This document shows positions 24,701-35,536 of a DNA stretch of 64,000 nt, piece after piece. The notes beneath the pieces were generated by a model. That model was given only the letters and a program-made list of their open reading frames with translations. It made no database searches and was not told the origin of the DNA. Every line of letters starts with the position of its first letter. Within the stretch, counting starts at the first letter, position 1. Position numbers and translations under genes: made by a program. The DNA comes from Octopus sinensis (taxonomy: Eukaryota): the NCBI RefSeq assembly GCF_006345805.1, contig NC_043006.1, forward strand, positions 88,908,001 to 88,972,000. Direction: 5' to 3'.

Positions 24701-25113
24701 GCCACCGACGTGTCCAAGATGTGGGTTGGACGATGAAACCGTTCAACACGCTTTTGTACAATGTCGAGAGCTGTCAGGCTTGATAAGTTACGTTGAACAC
24801 GTGTTGTCGCATCTGGGACGAGTACAGCTGTCGGCTGGATCTATGATTAAGATGATACCGCCAACTGGACTCTCAAAGGAAGGTAAGGCTTGTTTTTACT
24901 CTACGGTGGCAGTATTGAAAAGAGTGTGTATGGAGAACTAGATTGGAAGGTCTTGTGAAAGGGTCCTTTATCTCTGGCCCGGGTTTGTTAAAATACTTCG
25001 GATATCATCTGAAGAGCAAGATGGGGTTGGAGAAGAGGAGCCTGCCACAGAAAGAGTATATGGAACGTTGGAAGGATGTGATGAGAAAGGTGGGTGAGAG
25101 TAACCCAGCTTAA
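21729..25113 (+). pseudogene. T1 ORF2: apurinic endonuclease, reverse transcriptase and C-terminal zinc knuckle; interrupted
   Basis: LGCINVRG, IVTESK, VYAPN, GNFN, SYIDRVF; RPITLLN, LDQSKAFDRVDH, VRQGCPLSPLLY, YADD; CPRCGLDDETVQHAFVQC. Stops at 22335, 23176 and 24325, plus frameshifts. Confidence 0.92.
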
Positions 25114-25441
25114 TCATCGAGGAAAGGAAAAATCAGCTGCTGGGATTTATAGGCTGCCGGGTTCAAAATTGAAACTTGTACCTCCCATTCCCTTTCACTG
25201 TACATAACTGTTTAAAATAAAGAAATAATAATAAAAAAAAGAAAACATACGCACTAAAAGTTCTCGTGATAAAGGCAAAAGTAAGCCAAGTTTTCGTTCG
25301 AGTTACATAAAATTTTATTTTTGTAATTTTTATAATTTCATTCGAACTCGCATAGCATTTTTGTAATTGTTTTGTCCTGTAATGTCCCAATTCTATGTTA
25401 GATCACTTGATCATAATAAAGATAAATCCAATCGAAAACCG

Positions 25442-27048
25442 CTTTTTTTTTTGGTGTCGGAATTTTTGATTGCGTTATTGGTGTGTTGAGGTTGTGAGTT
25501 CGAGTTTGTTGGTGGAGGCCGTTGAGACGTGGTGAAATTTTTTTGGAGATTTTTCGAAAATGCAAGCCCAGACGTATGCGGGAGTGGCAGGCAGAAGCCT
25601 GACTGCGAGTGAACTAGAGCTGGAAGAAGTGGTAGTCGAGAAAGAGACTTTGGAAAAATATTTCGACAGCTTGAAGAAGGAAGGTGATTGTGTGAGAGTC
25701 ACACCGTCTGAAGAAGAAGCAACAGAAGCGGAGAAACGTATGATAACATACAGAACGTGGAGCGTGACTTCAAAGAAAATAGAAGTGGCAGGGACGGAGG
25801 AAATAGAGAAATATCTGCAGGGAATTGAGGGAGAACCTACTTTTTACAACAGAGGAAGAAAATACGCTACAGTGGTTGTCCATTTTAAAAATGAAAATGA
25901 AGCGAGAAGGAATGCCACGAAAATTTTGAAATCTGAAAGATGGACATTATTACCAGGTTACTGCGGAAAGAGGGCAGTAAGAATAAGAATCGGTAGGATT
26001 TCGCCGGAGCTTAATATAGAAAGGATTCTAGCGGCAGTGGTTTTCAACTGCAAGGAAAGCGTTGAGGTGTTGAAGGTGGAAAGGTCAACAGAAGTAAAGT
26101 GGTGGGGATATACGGTGCAGGTTCTGGTACATATAACCGTGCCAGACCTGTACAACATCCCGGAGAAGTTGGTGTTCCCTGATGAGACACGTCTTAGAGT
26201 CGTGGTGGAGGGGAGACCCCCAGTATGTTACAAATGCAAAATAAGAGGCCACATGAAGGATGTGTGTCCGCTGGGAGAAGTGCAGGACAAAACGATAGCA
26301 CTGAAGGCTTTAACGAAGGAGTGGAAAGATACGTGTGTGGAGGAGGAAATCATCACTACAGATAATGTGGAAAGTGGTGAAGAGTTGGAGAAAGAAAATA
26401 GAAAAAGAACGCGGGTGGAATCACTACTCAAAGAACAAAAAAAGAAGAAGAAAAAAGCGAAAAACAATATTACTGACGAGAGGAAAGACCGAACGTGCGA
26501 AGCAAAAGCAAGTGAACCAGCAAAATTAACAGCAGAGGAAGAATGGGACAGAAGAATGGAAGAGCAGTTGAAAGGTTGTAAGAGAGGAGGAAGACCCAAA
26601 GGAAAGAAACACAGAGTGGTAATGTTATATTTCAAGGACAAAAATACGGAAAAGATGTTGGCAGGTAGGAAAGGTTTAATTAGAGTAAAGTTGAACCCAG
26701 AAATATATGATGACCAGTGGAAGGCGGTAATCGTGGAGAGAGAGACATTGGAGAAAATGAGAGATGATTATAGTGTATGTGAATGGTTATATGTACGTTA
26801 TGACACTTTGCCAGCTATTGTGGATCAGGAGAGGTTGATAGAATACCTGACAGATGAACGACCAGTATAGCAGAACTGTGTTTTAAATGAAGCTGCGAGT
26901 TTTGGGGGGCTCGTAATCCGTTCCATCTAATCCATTATAAATATTCATTTCACTTCATATTTTTCGATTTTTTTATTATATGTACCCCATGTCCTGTTTT
27001 GTAATGTCCCCTCTTAATTCGGGCCTTAGTGCCTATAATAAAGATAAA
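25442..27048 (+). mobile_element. ORF1-only non-autonomous Tx1-related retroelement (element T2, 1607 bp) with a 15-bp target-site duplication
   Basis: Bounded by TCCAATCGAAAACCG at 25427-25441 and 27049-27063; T-rich 5' end like T1; same ATAATAAAGATAAA 3' end; no endonuclease or RT sequence. Confidence 0.88.
25560..26870 (+). CDS. T2 ORF1-like protein, 436 aa, uninterrupted
   Basis: VVVEGRPPVCYKCKIRGHMKDVC knuckle; N-terminal half aligns by eye with the T1 and T3 ORF1s; Lys/Glu-rich tail. Confidence 0.88.
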   Translation: MQAQTYAGVAGRSLTASELELEEVVVEKETLEKYFDSLKKEGDCVRVTPSEEEATEAEKRMITYRTWSVTSKKIEVAGTEEIEKYLQGIEGEPTFYNRGRKYATVVVHFKNENEARRNATKILKSERWTLLPGYCGKRAVRIRIGRISPELNIERILAAVVFNCKESVEVLKVERSTEVKWWGYTVQVLVHITVPDLYNIPEKLVFPDETRLRVVVEGRPPVCYKCKIRGHMKDVCPLGEVQDKTIALKALTKEWKDTCVEEEIITTDNVESGEELEKENRKRTRVESLLKEQKKKKKKAKNNITDERKDRTCEAKASEPAKLTAEEEWDRRMEEQLKGCKRGGRPKGKKHRVVMLYFKDKNTEKMLAGRKGLIRVKLNPEIYDDQWKAVIVERETLEKMRDDYSVCEWLYVRYDTLPAIVDQERLIEYLTDERPV

Positions 27049-27281
27049 TCCAATCGAAAACCGGTGATTACCGTACGTTGACGAGAGGCAAAAACCTCGA
27101 AACTATAGTCCGTGCGTATCACTTAGGTTTTGGAGAGGGGATGACCTCCCTTTGCGAATATCAGAAGGGCACAGAAGGTGTGTCTAAAGCCAGCTGGAGA
27201 CGATGATCTCCTGGGGCTAAAAGCTTCAGTAACACCCACTCCCAGTGGCTAGCCACATTGAGATGGCTAGTACACTTTACG
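27049..27281 (+). mobile_element. Hammerhead-repeat family A, downstream arm
   Basis: Continues from the target 15-mer through the ribozyme into a direct repeat of 19727-19821; followed by ATTTTAGGATT. Confidence 0.9.
27063..27123 (+). ncRNA. Type I hammerhead ribozyme (family A)
   Basis: Stem I CGTACG (27072-77)/CGTGCG (27111-16) extended by GGTGAT/ATCACT; core TTGACGA (27078-84); stem II GAGG/CCTC; GAAA (27099-102); palindromic stem III ACTATAGT; GTC cleavage after 27110. Confidence 0.85.
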
Positions 27282-27449
27282 ATTTTAGGATTGTTATTCA
27301 TTTGTTAGTGTTCACCTTTGTGTTTTAGTGGAAACTTGCGGTTTGGTCATTTTGACTGCTATACTTAGCATGCCAGTTCTGTTTGTTAGTACTCTTAATT
27401 ATTAAATCACTGATATTGTTATAAACAATAATACCCTAATATATATAGC

Positions 27450-27976
27450 ATGGATAAATTAGAAATGGAATCAAACGCAGGTGTTATCAAAATAGGCTAT
27501 ACTTCCATCATATGTTTCGCATGATATAAAACAATACAATTATCTCTTCATTTCCTATAAGTAATTTCTACTAATCTATAAAATTCTACCTTTAACAGTC
27601 TTCTTACATTACATTTCCACTACACATATTTATTTCCACACTTTTAAACTTAATTCCAATTCATCTGTCACACTATATTTTTCCACTCTTAATTTATTTT
27701 TCTCCGCCTTCTATATTTCTAAATTTCTTTGACGTTAAAACTATTAACGGTTTTTTACACGAGCGTTCCTCTTCATCATATACGCCGTAATCACATTCGG
27801 TTAAAATGGCTTATTGATGTGCTTTGTTTCTTTTTTTCTCCCTGGCGAGATGATTGCATTGTTTTGCACCATTTTTATTCTCTGTGGAATAATCTCAATG
27901 CTTTTTTCGAAATATGTTAAAAGTATAAATGATTTTAATAACACCTGCGTTTAACTCTATTTCTTAATTCATCCAT
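27450..27976. mobile_element. Old MITE-like element with ~45-bp diverged terminal inverted repeats
   Basis: 27450-27493 matches the reverse complement of 27932-27976 (core AAACGCAGGTGTTAT). Confidence 0.5.
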
Positions 27977-28123
27977 ATTGTACAAAAACATTTCACATAA
28001 CCCTGGAATTTCTACCGTTATGGTTAGGCTGTAATATCCTTGACACTTATGCGAATTTTTGCTACTCTGGTAACTATTTATTTTTTCCTTGTTATTTGTA
28101 CATATTAAAAACACACATACATT

Positions 28124-28210
<87 letters not shown>

Positions 28211-28252
28211 AACTTACTTGGAAATGGATGCGTGGCGTTCGATCAGATGGCC

Positions 28253-28315
28253 AGATAACCGAAGAGATGGTGTTGTGAATTTCCACTTCGGCATCTGAAA
28301 CTCAGAGTTTTATCT
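28253..28315 (+). ncRNA. Degenerate type I hammerhead-like motif
   Basis: Stem I AGATAA/TTATCT, core CCGAAGA, stem II AGATG/CATCT, GAAAC-TCAGA-GTT. The core has U4 changed to C and the register is off by one base. Confidence 0.35.
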
Positions 28316-29179
28316 TGACTATTGAGTAATTGTAACATATTATTTTATATATATATAATATATATATATATATATAGATCAATAAATGGTGGGGTTGTGT
28401 TGACCGCACGTGGAGAAATGATAAGCAAGGAAAAATTGTGAAAATGCAGAATGCTAAATTGAAAGAAAATTTTAATGAAATGAGAAATTGATAAAATATA
28501 TAAATATATATTTATTCAAACCCGTTTTCGTCATAGTTTGACTTATCAAGAATAGTTAGGTAAAAAAGTTTTTTAAAAATGAGAAAGGGGAAAAAAGTTG
28601 CATTGTTTTTTGCAAAAGAATAATAATAAATATGTATAAAAATTTAAAAATAAGTACTCCGATACATTGTGAGTTCGTTGTGTATCTTGAGTTTAATGAT
28701 TGTTCACGAAAAAATTACCTTGAGGTATTAGGATCCAATGGGATTAAGGCCATGTGTTGTTTGGTTTAATTTAGGATGTTGGCAAAACAGGAAGTAGTAG
28801 TAATTGTGGTTCTTCAGTTCCTGTGTTGTGAATAAGGGGAGACAACTCTTTTGAGTTCTTCAATAAAGGCTGCTGATAAACCCCAAATTATAAAATTATC
28901 ATTTTAGCTTCATTTGCATTGTCTTTTTTATATAATTGTTTGTTAACTTAACTTTCAGATTTTAACACTTTATTTATATTATTTTCTAATTATATAAATT
29001 TGCATAGACAATTACATTTCAGATTGTTATATCATATATAATAAAAATGATAGTAATAACAACAATAGTAAAAATGATATTTAAAGAATATAAGTTTTAG
29101 CTTGAAGTGATGAATGCATGGTATCCTTATATATTTGTGTTAGTCCATCCATGAAGAATGAGGTAGAAAAAGGAAGTTT

Positions 29180-29365
29180 GATCAACGAGGAGTTTGCATA
29201 TTAAGTTGTGTTTGGAATTTTTCAATAAAGAGATTCTCCTTGTTAATTCTCTACATTGGTAGAAAGGGAATATATAGAATTTGGGGTTTAAGTTTTTAGT
29301 ACATGAGTCTATGTGGCCACTCAGTGGAATTTGTCGGTATTCCGGGAGATTTAATTGTTCTGTGA
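29180..29365 (-). mobile_element. Inverted 3' end of a Penelope-like ORF (GIY-YIG C-terminus)
   Basis: RQIPLSGHIDSCTKNLNPKFYIFPFYQC and, in the next frame, LFIEKFQTQLN, typical of PLE ORF termini. Confidence 0.6.
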
Positions 29366-30540
29366 CATACAACAGGATAAAAACCTTACCATCAAAGAAG
29401 CTGACAAAGGGAGCGCTGTGGTCCTTATGGACACGGAATTTTATAAACACCTAGTACTTTCCATGCTTAACAACAACATTTTCTATGAGGTTATTAACAA
29501 CTATAAACAGCAAAAAACAATCAGAAACCTCACCACACTCATACGCCAACACGGTCAGGGACTCACAGAAAAAGAAAGGGATTATATCACCAATTTCAAA
29601 TGCAAGCCCAGCCTTTTTTATGGCCTTCCTAAAATCCATAAAAACAAATACATCACCGAAGCCTGCAAACTCTCCACTGACATCCACATCAACATCAAAG
29701 CACCGGAGGACCTAAAACTAAGGCCCATCGTGGCTGGTACCTCCTGTAAAACACACCGCCTGAGTAATTTCCTAGACATCCTTTTGAAACCTTTCCTTAC
29801 TCACATCAAAAGTTTCATTAGGGATGATCTGGACATGCTCAAACACCTCCCGAAAAGTCATCAACCTCTACACCAACATCACACATGAATATGGTATAGA
29901 GGCTATTGACTTCTGGCTAGAAAAACACCCAGAGACATTCCCTGACCGCATTAACAAGACTTTTATTACAGAATCTCTCAAGTTCATTCTGACTAACAAT
30001 TTTTTTCTCTTCGACGACACACACTACCGTCAAAAATGTGGTATTGCGATGGGTACCAAGGCTGCACCAGTCCTTGCGAACCTCATAATGGGTTTCTTCG
30101 AACTATCACTCTATGAAATATCACGCCAGAAATTTGGACATGTCTTCCACACCTACCTAATGGAAAACTGGAAAAGGTATTTCGATGATTGTTTCATCAT
30201 ATGGAAAGAACCTTATGAAAAACTCCTGGAATTCAAAACCACACTAAACAACATACATCCCAACATCCAATTCACTATGGAATTAAGCAAACATCATCTC
30301 CCATTCCTTGATTTCCTAATTATAAAAACACCTGAGAACCAAATCATAACAGACATCTACCACAAATCTACAGACTCACAACAATACCTCCTCTTTAGTT
30401 CATGCCACCCAAAACGCACCAAGACAAATATCCCTTTCAATTTAGCTAAAAGGGTATGCACCAGAAATACGCCTTCAAGACCTCAAAAAAACACTATTAC
30501 AACGCCAATATCCCTCCACCCTTATAGAGTATGGAATAAA
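29366..30540 (+). mobile_element. Penelope-like reverse transcriptase fragment
   Basis: IKEADKGSAVVLMD, YGLPKIHK, LRPIVAG, NLYTNI, GIAMGTKAAPVLANL, RYFDDCF, LPFLD, YLLFSSCHP; frameshifted and truncated at (TA)n. Confidence 0.9.
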
Positions 30541-30549
30541 ACGCGCATA

Positions 30550-30561
30550 TACATATATATG

Positions 30562-30609
<48 letters not shown>

Positions 30610-30627
30610 GTATATAATATATATATG

Positions 30628-30666
<39 letters not shown>

Positions 30667-30668
30667 TG

Positions 30669-30701
<33 letters not shown>

Positions 30702-30719
30702 GTATATATAATATATATG

Positions 30720-30752
<33 letters not shown>

Positions 30753-30753
30753 G

Positions 30754-30798
<45 letters not shown>

Positions 30799-31097
30799 GT
30801 ATATATATATATATGTATATATATATATGTATGTATATATATATGTATATATATATATATGTATGTATATATATATATGTATGTATATATATATATGTAT
30901 GTATATATATATATATATGTATGTATATATATATATATATGTATGTATATATATATATATATGTATGTATATATATATATATATATGTATGTATATATAT
31001 ATATGTATGTTATATATATATATATATATGTATGTATATATATATAATATGTATGTATATATATATATATATGTATGTATATATATATATATGTATG

Positions 31098-31134
<37 letters not shown>

Positions 31135-31398
31135 ATATATATATGTATGTATGTATATATATATATGTATGTATGTATATATATATATGTATGTATGTAT
31201 GTATATATATATATATGTATGTATATATATATATGTATGTATATATATAATATATGTATGTATATATATATATATATGTATGTATATATATATATATGTA
31301 TGTATATATATATATGTATGTATATATATATATATATGTATGTATATATATATATATATGTATGTATATATATATGTATGTATATATATGTATATATG

Positions 31399-31443
<45 letters not shown>

Positions 31444-31564
31444 GTATATATGTATATATATATATTATATATATATATGTATATGTATATATATATGTAT
31501 ATATATATATATGTATATATGTATATATATATATATGTATATATATATATAATATGTATATATG

Positions 31565-31624
<60 letters not shown>

Positions 31625-31639
31625 ATATATGTATATATC
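30550..31639. repeat. Compound (TA)n/(TATG)n microsatellite array
   Basis: About 1.1 kb of TA runs interrupted by TG. Confidence 0.95.
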
Positions 31640-34600
31640 CTTAAATCCTTAAAAATGTTTTAGCCCGAAGGCCGCGGCCATGCTGGGGCACCACCGCTGA
31701 ATGAGCTACACTAGTTTGTGAATCCACCTCTGATACGTGGCACTTGATCAACAAGGGAGTTCGATGCTGCTGCCCGCATCCGTGTCTCCTGTCGTGAGGT
31801 AGGTTCATCTGGGACTCCCAACAAGAAGAGATCCAGTTTAGTTTTAAAGAAACCCACATCCACACCATGTAAGTCTCTCAGGCATTTAGGGAGGATGTTA
31901 AAGAGCTGTGGTCCTCTGAAACCCAAGCTGTTGCAGTATCTGGACCTGTATTTTGATGGTGATGTTGGAATCCTTGGCACCACGCAGCGGCGCCCCGTTC
32001 TGCGGTTGGAGTAACTTTGAATGCCAAAGTTTGGGACAAGACCCTCCAGGATTTTCCAGATGTATATCACTGCATATCTCTCCCGCCTCCGCTCCAGGGA
32101 GAAGAGGTTTAATACCTTCAGTCTTTCCCAGTAGCTGACATTTTGCATTGAGACGATTTTCTTTGTGTAGCTTCTCTGAGTTGCTTCGAGTTCTGCTGTT
32201 TGTTTTATATTGTGTGGTGACCAAAGTTGGGAGCAGTAGTCCAAGCGGCTGAGGACAAATGTTTTCCATAGGACCATCAGTGTCTCCTTCTCTCTTGTTC
32301 TGAAAGTTCGGAGAATCCATCCAGCTAGCCGTCTGCATTTTATCACCAGATTAGCAATATGCATTTGGAAAGATGCATCATTGCTCATGTCAATGCCCAG
32401 GTCACGCACTGATTTTGACTCAGGGATTGCAATTCTTCCTGGGCCAGTGTATCCAGTCTTCACGTCATTTACCTTTGTGTGCCAGTAACGCAGGGCCTGG
32501 AACTTACCTGCATTAAACTGCATGTTGTTGTCCTCAGCCCACCTGTATATTGTGTCCAGCTCATGTTGCAGATGCGCAATATTTTCAGGGTTTTATATTG
32601 CGTGGGAGACTTTTGTGTCATCTGCATAGCTAGCAAGGGTGGTCATCGTAGCAACTGAAGGCATGTCTGAAAGGGCCACTATGAATATCAGTGGCCCCAA
32701 GACAGTGCCCTGTGGGACACCGCTTGTTATTTGCGTTTCCCTGGAGGTGGCTCCATTGCTCACAACTGCCTGTTTTCTGTCTTTTAGGAAGTTGTGCAGC
32801 CACTCTCCAAGTTTCCCGCCTATGCCGAGACCACGCAGTTTGTGACAGATCATACCATGGTCGACTTTATCAAAGGCTTTTGCAAAGTCAAGATATATTA
32901 CATCCACATTTGAGCCATTTAGTAGCTGTTTCAACACCCAGTCATACTGTTGCAGGAGCTGTGTTAGGCAGCCTCTACCTGGTCGAAATCCACGCTGGGT
33001 GTCAGACAGTAAGTCATTTTCTTCAAGGAACATGATTAGTTTCTTACGGACTTTGCTGATGTGTGAGGTCAGAGAGATAGGCCTATAATTTTTAGCATCT
33101 GCTCTGCTACCTCCCTTATGGATAGGGCATATTACCCTGGGAGCTTACCACTTGCAAGAAAGCTCTGAAAAAGAAGCTGTAGCGGTTTTGCAAGGGCTCG
33201 TTTGCACGATTTGAGAAGGATCGCTGGGAATCCATCAGGTCCAGCAGCTGAGTTTGTGTCAATCTCATCAAAGGCTAGTGTGATATCATCTTCTTCGATG
33301 TTGATGTACTCAATTTTTGTCTCTTTGGCCGCTGGTAAAGTGGCAAAGAATTCTTCTGGGTTGTTTATTTGCCTGTGTCCTAGAGGTGTAGTGAACACAC
33401 TTTGGAACTGTTCGTTCAGTATTTCACTTATCCTCGTGGGATTTCCTGTGAGAGAGCCATCTTTTTGGAAGAGAGGTCCTATTCTCTGGTGCACTGTGGC
33501 TGTCTCTTTGGCAAACTTAAAGAAAGCTTTAGGGTTTGATTTTATATTTTCTATTACCCAAGCTTCTTTATCTGCTCTCTCCTTTTCATGGGACTGATGT
33601 AGACTTTTCTCAGTTTCCATTAGCATTCTTTCGAGCCGAGACTTCTCACCACTTTTGGTGTGCTTGCTCAGGCGGTTTGCAATCCTTGTCCGTCGTCTCA
33701 TAAGAATCCTCCTTTCTCTAGGGATCCTGTTTTTGTTCTGTGTGTGCTGGCCCTGCACATTGGACATATTTGTCACATATGGCTTGTATATGGACATGAA
33801 GTGTTTGTGTTTCATGTTTATGTCCGGTGTGGAGAGACATTCAGGCCAATCCTGTTGAGGATCTCTTTCTCAATCGACTTCCAGTTGGCTTTATGAAAGT
33901 TTAAGTTGGAGAGATGGTAGGTGCTTCGTATAGGCTGTGTGTCTGCGGGGGCTTTTGTTCCATACATAGACAGCTCTATTATGTTGTGATCCGAGATCAT
34001 TGTCGGCATCACATTAACATTATGGATAATATCCATATTGTTTGTGAAGCAGAGATCCAGTATATTATCTGCCCTTGTTGGTTGCAGAACTATTTGCTCA
34101 TGAAAGAGGTATTTGTGAGATGGAGCAGGGACTCCACCTGTGCCTGCTGATGGTGTTGTCATCTCTGGGAGCATCTGCCCCCCAGGCCATTCCACATTGG
34201 GGAGGTTAAAGTCACCCATGAAGAATACACTGTTGTGCTGTTCAAGGTTGGTGAGGACTTCTCCTATTTTGTTAGGCAGTCTTCAAACATGCCTGAGTGT
34301 TTTGGGGCGTCTGTGGGCGATACGTAGTGCATATGACGATATTCAGTTGTCTTATGTGTACAATTTGAGTTTCACATACTGAGTTTGAATATGACAGCAG
34401 GACCTGGGGCGTGAGGTCATCTCGGATGTACATTGCAACTCCACCATGGCTCCTCCCTTTTCTATCTGTGCGTATGACTGCATATTGCGCATGTGTATTT
34501 CTGCATCACCTATATGGGGTTCAAGATGCGTTTCTGTGAGTGCCATGCATATAGCTTGATTGCATGTCACAAGGTCTCTCAGGAATGAAATTTTCTTTTT

Positions 34601-34985
34601 ACAGTTTCCGCGCAGCAGCCCTCCTACATTCAGTAGAAATATTTTTGTGGTGTGTGTGTTGGTGTTGGTGTCTGTGGTGGCCATCCTGCATCTGTTGGAG
34701 GTGGCCTTATGTGGTGGTAGTTCCAGCTTTGTGCTTGTAGCCAGGTCAGCTGCTGAACAATTTTTTGTGCCATGCACAAAAAGACTGCTGTTCAGCTGCC
34801 GCCCTTCTCACATCTGGGTGAAGCTGGCCACCTGTTGGGTTTCCGCGCACCACATCTGCATACCGTCTTTCAGTAGTGGTCAGTGCGCTTTTTTTTTCCC
34901 TTCTTTTAACTTTTTGTTTTTGTTTTTGTTCTCCCTGAGGGAGGGACCTCTGTCTCGCGTCCGTGCGGTTTTGGTAGGGCCTCCG

Positions 34986-35051
34986 ATGTGCAAAGCGACA
35001 GTTTGCACCTTCAACGCCGTACCAGCAGTCCCCCCTCAGGTAGAATTTGCA
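34986..35051 (-). CDS. LINE A CCCH zinc finger (in the -1 frame relative to the SANT ORF)
   Basis: Manual translation gives CKFYLRGDCWYGVEGANCRFAH. Confidence 0.65.
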
Positions 35052-35536
35052 GTGTTTTCTTTCCCTGCCCTTACAGTTTTTGCTGGGGTCCCTCTGCTTT
35101 CTCTGGACAGGGCTTCCTTTAGCCTTGATTCTGTCACCCTTACCTCCTGCTTCCCATCAATTCCAGGGTGCCTTTCCTTTCTTTCTTGCGGCCATCGCAC
35201 CTCTTTGGTCTTCAGTTGTGGTGTTGGAAGCTGGACATGTGTCATCGTTTCCCTGTGTTCCAGGCTTCTCCATTGGCTCTGTATGCTTTCCTCATCCTTT
35301 TGGCCCTCCCTGCTGCCGTCACCTCCCAGGATGATGTCCAGGGTGTCCACATGTTGCCTGATTAGAGCGTACGAACGGATAACTTCTCTCTTCTTTCGCT
35401 CTATCTGGGCGGTGGTTCTCGAAAAATTGTTGCTTTTCAGCGCCGCAGCAATAATGTCGTTCGGCGAGTCGTCCTCAGCGATCCTCCAAGCGCGGACGAA
35501 CAATTGCACCTCTCTCGCAGACCAGTTTCTTGCCAT
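35036..35536 (-). CDS. LINE A ORF1 N-terminal part, Myb/SANT-like (trihelix) domain
   Basis: WSAREVQLFVRAW...IAAALKSNNFSRTTAQIERKKREVIRSY fits the W-x4-E...W...IA-x2-L...RT-x2-Q-x3-K pattern; conserved in copy B. Confidence 0.65.
   Translation of the reverse strand: MARNWSAREVQLFVRAWRIAEDDSPNDIIAAALKSNNFSRTTAQIERKKREVIRSYALIRQHVDTLDIILGGDGSREGQKDEESIQSQWRSLEHRETMTHVQLPTPQLKTKEVRWPQERKERHPGIDGKQEVRVTESRLKEALSRESRGTPAKTVRAGKENTANST

Larger units (their letters stand above)
19941..25426 (+). mobile_element. Full-length but decayed Tx1-clade non-LTR retrotransposon (element T1)
   Basis: T-rich 5' UTR, ORF1 with CCHC knuckle, ORF2 with APE, RT and C-terminal CCHC, and a 3' end ATAATAAAGATAAA followed by the target 15-mer. 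Confidence 0.92.

Noticed and set aside
30608-31644. Long Y/I/M/C/V-rich ORFs here and at 36954-37542, 42974-45275, 47199-47848 and 63613-63909
   Set aside because: Translations of TA/TG/CA microsatellites, not genes.
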